64,000 nucleotides of DNA. Source: Candidatus Shapirobacteria bacterium. GTDB taxonomy: Bacteria > Patescibacteriota > Microgenomatia > UBA12405. The DNA is taken from the NCBI GenBank assembly GCA_041665485.1, contig JBAYIT010000001.1:345399-409398 (forward strand), given 5' to 3'. Positions within the stretch are counted from its first letter, which is position 1, and every line of letters begins with the position of its first letter. The notes under the pieces were generated by a model that had not been told where the DNA came from, searched no databases, and saw only the letters and a list, made by a program, of their open reading frames with translations. Both the position numbers and the translations under genes were made by a program. Positions 57,589 to 64,000 of the stretch are shown one piece after another.

Positions 57589-58776
57589 ATGGCAGGGGTG
57601 AATCCGATTGAAGCGAGAAATGGAGATGAAGTGGTTCCGTTTGGGTTGGCGCAGATTGACAGGTTGGTGACAAGATTAGTGGGTACAGAAAATTGTAGAG
57701 GTGGAGGTGTTGTTTTGAGTGGAGTAGCAAATGAATGTGGTGAAGTGGCTATGATGAGGGCGTGGCGTGGTAGTTTGGAGGCAGGGGCCGGGTTAATTCA
57801 GGTAATGACTAGAGCTGGTACTGTTTATTGTGTTGAGGCAGAACGGGACGGGAGACATCGGGTGTCGGTTAACGGGATGGTTGAGTCAGACGAGAATAAG
57901 GCCTGGCTGGGAAAGCAACTATCTGTTTTTTTTGGGAGGGCTGATTTGGAGGTAATGAAAATTGATGAAAGTGGACAAGAGGTGAAATCTGGGGGCAGGT
58001 TTGAATGGAGGCCGGTAGTGGTCGCTGAAATGCCGGTGGTGAGAAACCACCCCACAACTTCAGAAAGATCTTTACCTATGGTAGATGGGAGAACAGGTGA
58101 GCGGGCTGATGTTGAATATGTGGCTTTAGTAAGAGATACCTTGGCGGCATGGAACACTCAAATTAAAGGGGTGATTGGGCATGCGGTTTTTGGGGATGAT
58201 GGCGAAAAAGGGGTGATAAGGTGCTATTGGAAAGAAGAAGGGCGTCTTGGGGTGGAAGTGATGGGTGGTGATGGAACTATACATATTTGCACTTTAGTAG
58301 TTGATGGTAATACGGTTAGGGGAGTTGATGTTGAAGGTGAGGATGTAAAAAGTGTAGAATTGTCGCTTATTGTTGGAAAATTACGTCAGGTGGTTGATAC
58401 AGGTACTTTGTGTCATTATGCTGGCAATGTGGCAACCGAGACTATTGCGGTGAGTTTTGGTGGTAAAGTTGCCAACTCAGATGTAGTACTGGTGAGAGCA
58501 GTGGAAAGTCGGTTAGGTGCTAGTGGGGGCGGGAATATGTCTGGACGTATTACTCTGGAGGATGGTTCTGTGGTTGAGGCGAAGTTGGTTGCAATGATGG
58601 GTGGTGTTGGTATGGAATTAAAGTTTGGAGGGGACGTGTATTGTGTTTATGTAAGGGACGGAATACTCAGTGTCCAAAATGAGTACGAGCGTAGTTTGGC
58701 GGGGGGGAGAGAAGGTGAGGAATTGCGTGTAAGAGTGCTAAATTGGGTTCGAGAAATAGTAAATAGACAGAGTTAA
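57589..58776 (+). CDS. Hypothetical Val/Gly-rich protein
   Basis: 395-aa ORF with promoter-like sequence upstream. Confidence 0.6.
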   Translation: MAGVNPIEARNGDEVVPFGLAQIDRLVTRLVGTENCRGGGVVLSGVANECGEVAMMRAWRGSLEAGAGLIQVMTRAGTVYCVEAERDGRHRVSVNGMVESDENKAWLGKQLSVFFGRADLEVMKIDESGQEVKSGGRFEWRPVVVAEMPVVRNHPTTSERSLPMVDGRTGERADVEYVALVRDTLAAWNTQIKGVIGHAVFGDDGEKGVIRCYWKEEGRLGVEVMGGDGTIHICTLVVDGNTVRGVDVEGEDVKSVELSLIVGKLRQVVDTGTLCHYAGNVATETIAVSFGGKVANSDVVLVRAVESRLGASGGGNMSGRITLEDGSVVEAKLVAMMGGVGMELKFGGDVYCVYVRDGILSVQNEYERSLAGGREGEELRVRVLNWVREIVNRQS

Positions 58777-58815
58777 TTTGACATTATAGGATGGCGGGGG
58801 TAGAATACTGGGCAA

Positions 58816-59037
58816 ATGATAGGAGCTATCGCTTCTCATTCTCATGAAGCTTGGTTTTATGGTACACATGATCCGAACTTGTCTTGGAGACGGCGTCTGC
58901 AGGAGGCAAAAAAAGAACCTTTTGATTTGGTAAGGTGTTTTAGAGAAAATTTAGAATGCAGATTTGGGGTGATTGGTGTTGGAGTTGGTTTTGGGTCGTT
59001 GTTGTGTGCTTGTGTTCTTCGTGGAGTACCGCAATAA
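58816..59037 (+). CDS. Small hypothetical membrane protein
   Basis: Preceded by TTGACA-17-TAGAAT (58778-58806); C-terminal hydrophobic segment. Confidence 0.45.
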   Translation: MIGAIASHSHEAWFYGTHDPNLSWRRRLQEAKKEPFDLVRCFRENLECRFGVIGVGVGFGSLLCACVLRGVPQ

Positions 59038-59067
59038 AAAATCTGTTATAATTCCCTGTTAAAAAGT

Positions 59068-59120
59068 TTTAGCTGGGCTTTAGTAATTATCCTGGGATTT
59101 TCCCTGAAGTCTGGCTTAAT
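59068..59120 (+). promoter_or_regulatory. Candidate rpsB 5' leader hairpin
   Basis: agctgggcttta...tgaagtctggct stem between a TGTTATAAT promoter and rpsB. Confidence 0.4.
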
Positions 59121-59135
59121 AAAAAGGATAGTCAA

Positions 59136-60047
59136 ATGGCAAAAAAAATTGTTAAGACAAAAACGGTTAATCGAACCGGTAAAAAAATCGTTAAGAAAGC
59201 GTTGGTAATTAAAGAAAAAAAAGAAAAGGTGTTGACGGCGGAGAAGATTAAGTCTTTGAACGAGAAAACTTTAGGAACAAGGAAAGAGGTACAAGGTACA
59301 AGGAAAGAGGAATTGGAAATTAAGGCAAAAGATGAGAAGAAGATACTTGAGGACAAAAAATATAATTTGACGGTGGGGCTGAAGGATTTATTGGCGGCAG
59401 GATGCCACCTGGGGCATAAAGTCAGTAAAACTAACCCCAAAGCCAAGGGAAATCTTTACAAAGCAATTGACGGAATTCAGGTGTTTGATTTGGTTAAAAC
59501 GATGGCCGGGCTAGAGGCGGCCTGCAATTTTGTCTACAACTCCAAGAGGAACGGTAAACAGATTGTGTTGGTGGGAACTAAGAGACAAGCTAAAGAAGTG
59601 GTTAAGAGAGTGGCGCTGGACGCCGGAGTGGCCTACATTACCAACCGATGGCTGGGAGGAACGATAACTAATTGGGACCAGATTAGAAAAACGATCAAGC
59701 GTTATTGGGATTGGAAAGAAGGCTTGGAGCAAAATAAATTCACCAATAAAACCAAAAGAGAGCTTTTGGAAATGAGTAAAGAATTAGTTCGGATTGAGAA
59801 AAATATCGGTGGATTGGCTAAGTTGGATAAACTATTTGATGTGATGTTTGTGGTTGATGCCGGTGGAGAAAAGACGGCGGTAAAAGAAGCAAGTTTGACT
59901 AAAGTGAAGATAGTGGGAATGGTGGACACTGACACTGATCCGGCTAAAGTTGACTTTCCGATTCCGGCCAATGATGACAATGTTAAATCAGTGACTTTAA
60001 TAGTTGAGGAAATTGGGAAGGCTATTAAGGCGGCAGGGGTCAAATAG
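59136..60047 (+). CDS. rpsB: 30S ribosomal protein S2 with Lys-rich N-terminal extension
   Basis: LLAAGCHLGH, VGTKRQA, RWLGGTITN, PANDD. Confidence 0.96.
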   Translation: MAKKIVKTKTVNRTGKKIVKKALVIKEKKEKVLTAEKIKSLNEKTLGTRKEVQGTRKEELEIKAKDEKKILEDKKYNLTVGLKDLLAAGCHLGHKVSKTNPKAKGNLYKAIDGIQVFDLVKTMAGLEAACNFVYNSKRNGKQIVLVGTKRQAKEVVKRVALDAGVAYITNRWLGGTITNWDQIRKTIKRYWDWKEGLEQNKFTNKTKRELLEMSKELVRIEKNIGGLAKLDKLFDVMFVVDAGGEKTAVKEASLTKVKIVGMVDTDTDPAKVDFPIPANDDNVKSVTLIVEEIGKAIKAAGVK

Positions 60048-60102
60048 ATCTTAGATTTTAGATCTTAGTTCTTAGAAATAATATATTAATTTTAATTAAA
60101 AC

Positions 60103-60552
60103 ATGGAACAAAAAAAATTGATTGAAATTGTTAAAAAGTTGAGGGATGAGACGGGGGCGGGGGTGATGGAGGTAAAGACGGCAGTTGAAGAAGCCGGAGG
60201 CGACGAGAAGAAAGCGAGAGAGGTGTTGAAGAGAAAAGGAAAAGAGAAGGCGGAGAAAAAAGCCGAGAGGGAAACCAGACAGGGATTAGTGGCAACTTAT
60301 ACCCATTCTACGGGAAAAATAGGGGTGATGGTGGAGCTTCTATGTGAAACCGATTTTGTGGCTAAAAACGAAGAGTTTACTAAAATAGCCAGAGATTTTT
60401 GCTTGCAGGTGGCAGCGATGGGAACAGAAAAACTTTTGGAGCAAGAGTTTATAAAAGATCCTTCAAAAAAGATGGATGATTTGATTAAAGAGCTGGTGTT
60501 GAAATTTGGAGAAAATATTAAATTAGGTAGAGTTGAACGATACGAAATATAA
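60103..60552 (+). CDS. tsf: Elongation factor Ts (short form)
   Basis: VKKLRDETGAGVM..K.A, ELLCETDFVA, GENI. Confidence 0.95.
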   Translation: MEQKKLIEIVKKLRDETGAGVMEVKTAVEEAGGDEKKAREVLKRKGKEKAEKKAERETRQGLVATYTHSTGKIGVMVELLCETDFVAKNEEFTKIARDFCLQVAAMGTEKLLEQEFIKDPSKKMDDLIKELVLKFGENIKLGRVERYEI

Positions 60553-60557
60553 TTTCT

Positions 60558-60641
60558 GGCTCGATAACTAATTTTTGCAGTGCTCACGCGTTGCGCCCTT
60601 CGGGCTTACATGATTGCGCGCTGAAAAATTGTTATCTCGCC
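60558..60641. repeat. Intergenic palindromic element, family A, copy 3
   Basis: ggctcgataactaatttttgcagtgctc...cttcgggc...gcgcgctgaaaaattgttatctcgcc. Confidence 0.75.
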
Positions 60642-60665
60642 TTAAAATTATTGCTATACTAACTT

Positions 60666-61217
60666 ATGATAAATACAACCGATGTCAGACAGAAAATGGA
60701 TAGGGTGGGGCAATTGTTTTCCGAGGATATTGGCTCAATACGGACAGGGAGAGCGACGCCGGCGCTGATTGAAAACGTGGCAGTGGCGGTGTATGGAGGG
60801 CAGAAAATGAAGTTGATTGAGCTGGGGAGTATAGGTGTTCCTGATGTGCGGAGTTTGACGTTCCAGCCATGGGATGCGTCGACAGTACGAGAGATTGCTA
60901 ATCAGATTCAGGCGGCTAATGTGGGGTTGACACCAGTAGTAGACGGAGTGTTGATTCGGATAAACTTACCGATGTTGACGGTAGAACAGAGGGAAGATTA
61001 TGTAAAGTTATTGGGAAGAAAACTGGAAGGGGTGAGGGTGATGATTCGAGACATACGGGCTGATTTTAGAAAAAAGCTAATTGATGCCAAACAAGAGAAA
61101 ACGATTGGCGAGGATGAATATAAACGGGATGAGACGGAATTACAAAAAGTGACCGATGAATACGTGGCCAAGTTGGAAAAGATAGCTCAAGAAAAAGAGA
61201 AAGAGATTAGGGGATAG
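60666..61217 (+). CDS. frr: Ribosome recycling factor
   Basis: IRTGRATP, PWD, P.LT.EQR, KEKEI. Confidence 0.96.
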   Translation: MINTTDVRQKMDRVGQLFSEDIGSIRTGRATPALIENVAVAVYGGQKMKLIELGSIGVPDVRSLTFQPWDASTVREIANQIQAANVGLTPVVDGVLIRINLPMLTVEQREDYVKLLGRKLEGVRVMIRDIRADFRKKLIDAKQEKTIGEDEYKRDETELQKVTDEYVAKLEKIAQEKEKEIRG

Positions 61218-61219
61218 CA

Positions 61220-61255
61220 TTGGTAATTGGTAATTGGTAATCTGTAATCTGTGAT
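61220..61255. repeat. Heptamer array (GGTAATT/TGTAATC), left flank of the four-helix-bundle gene
   Basis: ttggtaattggtaattggtaatctgtaatctgtgat. Confidence 0.85.
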
Positions 61256-61625
61256 AGGAAATAAATTGGTTGATTTTTATGATCTAGAAGCATGGAAGGA
61301 AGGACATAAGTTGGCTCTGTTGGTGTATGGAATGGTTAGTAAATTACCATCAGACGAAAAATATGGTTTGTCAGATCAACTAAGAAGAGCTTCAGCTTCG
61401 GTAACGGCAAATATTGCCGAGGGTTTTGGTAGGTTTCATTTTAATGACAAAATACACTTTTTCTATTTATCGAGAGGTTCGGTGAAAGAAGTTCAGAGTT
61501 TTTTATTGCTAGGGAGAGATTTGAAGTATTTGAGTGTAGTAGATGTTAATATTGTTTGGACCCAATCAAAGTCGGCTGAAAAATTAATTAACGGACTAAT
61601 AAGGTCAACAGAAAAACAAAAATGA
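61251..61625 (+). CDS. Four-helix-bundle protein (23S rRNA IVS protein/Avd-like family)
   Basis: FYDLEAWK, LP.DEKYGLSDQLRRASASV.ANIAEGFGR, SRGS..EV. Confidence 0.93.
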   Translation: MIGNKLVDFYDLEAWKEGHKLALLVYGMVSKLPSDEKYGLSDQLRRASASVTANIAEGFGRFHFNDKIHFFYLSRGSVKEVQSFLLLGRDLKYLSVVDVNIVWTQSKSAEKLINGLIRSTEKQK

Positions 61626-61662
61626 TTACCAATTACCAATTACTGATTACTGATTACTAATC
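61624..61662. repeat. Heptamer array, right flank (inverted relative to the left)
   Basis: gattaccaattaccaattactgattactgattactaatc. Confidence 0.85.
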
Positions 61663-62715
61663 ATGGATATAATAATTTTCGTAATTGCGCTGTCAATTTT
61701 AGTTTTGGTGCATGAATTTGGCCATTATTTGGCGGCGATTAAGACTGGGGTATTGGTGGAAGAGTTTGGGCTGGGGTTGCCACCAAGGATTTTTGGCAAA
61801 AAGATAGGTAAAACTATTTTTAGTTTGAATTGGTTGCCGATTGGTGGTTTTTGCCGGCTTTACGGCGAGGACGGCGACAAAAAAGAAAAAAATGCTTTTA
61901 ATAACAAAAATCCATGGCAAAAGGGACTGATAGTTTTGGGAGGAGTATTGATGAATTTGGTTATGGCAGTGGTAATTTTTTCGGTGGTTTACTCGATTTT
62001 GGGAGTGCCCAAGGAAACGGATGTGGTGAAGATTATTGGGGTGACTAAAAATAGTCCGGCGGAGACGGCTGGCTTGAAAGAAGGCGATGTAATTTTGGCG
62101 GTGGAGCAGAAGCCGATAACTAAATCGGCAGAATTGATTGAAGAAGTGGGGAAATATAAAAATAAGTTTGTCAAGTTGAAAGTTGAAAGTTTCAAGTCGA
62201 AAGTGATTGGGGAGGTGGAGGTGGAGGTAAGGGAGAATCCGCCGGCGGGGGAGGGGGCGATGGGAGTGGCAGTGTCAAACACAGAAATGGTGAAATTACC
62301 TTGGTACCGATTTTACGAGGGGATTGGAGCGGGATTTAAGGAAGCTTATTATTGGGGCCGAGTGATATTCGGCGGAGTGACAAAAATGATTGGCGGATTG
62401 CTTTTGGGCCAAGTGCCAAAGGATGTGGCCGGGCCAATTGGCATGTTTCAGGCAACAAGTAGTATTAAGCAGAGCCAGGGAATGCTGGCAGTAATTCATT
62501 TTTTCGGAATAGTGTCGGTTAACTTGGCGATTGTGAATATTTTACCGTTTCCGGCGCTGGACGGAGGCAGAATTATTTTTGTGCTTTATGAACTTATAGC
62601 CAAGAAGCGAGTAAACCAGAGGTTTGAGGTGTTGGTTAATAATGTTGGGATGATGGTGTTGCTGGGATTGTTGTTGCTGATAACAGTAGGGGACATTGGG
62701 AGAGTGCTTAAATAG
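61663..62715 (+). CDS. rseP: RIP metalloprotease RseP
   Basis: HEFGH, EFGLG, P.GGF, PDZ (SPAE.AGLK.GD), NILPFPALDGG. Confidence 0.95.
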   Translation: MDIIIFVIALSILVLVHEFGHYLAAIKTGVLVEEFGLGLPPRIFGKKIGKTIFSLNWLPIGGFCRLYGEDGDKKEKNAFNNKNPWQKGLIVLGGVLMNLVMAVVIFSVVYSILGVPKETDVVKIIGVTKNSPAETAGLKEGDVILAVEQKPITKSAELIEEVGKYKNKFVKLKVESFKSKVIGEVEVEVRENPPAGEGAMGVAVSNTEMVKLPWYRFYEGIGAGFKEAYYWGRVIFGGVTKMIGGLLLGQVPKDVAGPIGMFQATSSIKQSQGMLAVIHFFGIVSVNLAIVNILPFPALDGGRIIFVLYELIAKKRVNQRFEVLVNNVGMMVLLGLLLLITVGDIGRVLK

Positions 62716-62735
62716 TCCAAAAAGTAAAACAAGAA

Positions 62736-62751
62736 CGTCATCGCAATGACG
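62736..62751. repeat. Collapsed family B element (termini only)
   Basis: cgtcatcgcaatgacg = left end fused to right end. Confidence 0.7.
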
Positions 62752-62760
62752 TGGGCTGGG

Positions 62761-64000
62761 TTATAGTGGAGAAAGTTCCAAAAGAACGGCGGAGTTGACG
62801 TCAAGAAAAATTTCGGTTAGATAACGGGTGGTAACGGAAATTTGCTTAGTTGAAGGTTTGCGGGAGGCGGGGTAGAGACTAGTAGTGAGCTGATATTGAC
62901 CGGGAGAAATACCAGTGATAGCCAAAGGAACTGTTTCGGCGTGAGTTTGACGAGGATCATAATTAACTAAAAGTATTCTAGTGACACTGCCGTCTTGAGC
63001 AGAGAGAGAGGTAACCCAACTGCCATCGCCGGTGGTGGCGAGGCGTTCTCCAGAGAGGTTATTGAGAAGCTCTATCGCTTGAAAACGGGGTTTAGGAGTG
63101 GCTTTGGAATTGGGGTGAGTGATCATGCCCCAGCCGGTGGATTTATCACTTCGGGGGGAGGGGCCGTCGACGGCTTCAAAGGGAAAAATACGATGGACTT
63201 TGCCGGCAAGTTGAGTGGTAAGAGAGAGGAGATGGATGCCGGAAAGATGGTTGTCGTACCAGGGGTCGGGCTCGGAATTGGGGCCGATTTCAGTGATAAG
63301 ACGTTCAATATTTGAATACTGTGGGTAATCAGTAAGAATTAGATTTAATTTGTCAAAATCGGCAATAAAGTCGTCGATGTTTTTGGAATAGCGATGCCAG
63401 GAAAGAAAATCAAGGCGAAGATGGTTGTCGGCAGTAGTTTTTAAAAGCGAGGTGATCCAATTGGGGTAAAAGCCGGTAGTGGCCGGGCCACCAATCTTGT
63501 ATGGAGAGTTGCCGGCCCCTTGGGCAACTGCCTTGGCGGTTTGAAGATAAAGAGTGGAGTAGGAAGGGGAACGGCTGTAATGCCAGCCACCAAAAAGGTC
63601 GGGCTCGTTCCAAACTTCGTAATAGATGTTGGGAATGTTTTGGTCGACACTATAGCGTTTGGCGGTGGCAGAAACGAGCTGAAACCAAAGATTCCAGTCT
63701 TTGGGCTCGCCGGCATTTTGGCCGGTTTTACTCATATCGGCGGTGGTATAAGAAATAGAGAGGAGGGGAGTGGCGCCGGTTAAGAGAATACTATTGACAA
63801 CTTTGTCGAGTTTGGAAAAGTCGTAGTTGCCCGGGCCCTGATAAACCTGGTAATAGTCAAATAAGTGATCGACGCGGATTAATTCGGGCTGAAGTTGGCG
63901 AACTAGAGGGAAAATAGGGCCGATCATGTCAACTGGCTCCTCGCCACCTTGAGCAAGATTACGCCAAAGAGAGGGGTTTATACTGCCTTGAGGAGAGGAA
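62761..64000 (-). CDS. Glycoside hydrolase family 39-like protein (5' end outside window)
   Basis: YEVWNEPD, KIGGPA, DFLSWH.Y, ITE; frame stays open to the window edge (W.NLAQGGEE). Confidence 0.85.
   Translation of the reverse strand, partial: SSPQGSINPSLWRNLAQGGEEPVDMIGPIFPLVRQLQPELIRVDHLFDYYQVYQGPGNYDFSKLDKVVNSILLTGATPLLSISYTTADMSKTGQNAGEPKDWNLWFQLVSATAKRYSVDQNIPNIYYEVWNEPDLFGGWHYSRSPSYSTLYLQTAKAVAQGAGNSPYKIGGPATTGFYPNWITSLLKTTADNHLRLDFLSWHRYSKNIDDFIADFDKLNLILTDYPQYSNIERLITEIGPNSEPDPWYDNHLSGIHLLSLTTQLAGKVHRIFPFEAVDGPSPRSDKSTGWGMITHPNSKATPKPRFQAIELLNNLSGERLATTGDGSWVTSLSAQDGSVTRILLVNYDPRQTHAETVPLAITGISPGQYQLTTSLYPASRKPSTKQISVTTRYLTEIFLDVNSAVLLELSPL

Noticed and set aside
61251-61625. Diversity-generating retroelement (Avd-like gene)
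   Set aside because: No reverse transcriptase and no TR/VR pair with adenine-specific mismatches seen in the window.

Overview
Chromosomal region of a Candidate Phyla Radiation (Patescibacteria, Microgenomates-like, possibly Shapirobacteria) bacterium, genetic code 11, with strong G>C skew on the + strand. It holds: class II RNR C-terminus plus a cobalamin adenosyltransferase; an ORFan block with an NTPase-wHTH regulator and three near-identical operator-like arrays; a pyrimidine/folate cluster (thyA-like, folA, dCMP deaminase, DNPH1/MilB-like hydrolase, Dcd/dUTPase-like, tmk, glyA); a broken REP-associated tyrosine transposase; 5 tRNAs; a SUF operon; a probable 6S RNA; mreB/mrdA, dprA/topA, a VirB4/TraG-like ATPase; and rpsB-tsf-frr-rseP. 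Highlights: (1) the ThyA homologue carries the Asn-to-Asp and His-to-Pro changes associated with dCMP rather than dUMP specificity, which with its neighbours suggests a thymidylate route through 5-methyl-dCMP; (2) 7-nt and 9-nt micro-arrays occur throughout, including inside conserved ORFs, and inverted arrays of one class flank a four-helix-bundle gene; (3) two REP-like palindrome families, with one copy translated in-frame and related hairpins in a degenerate tRNA-Thr copy; (4) two genes split by single in-frame TAA codons. All calls come from reading motifs by eye; no database searches were run.
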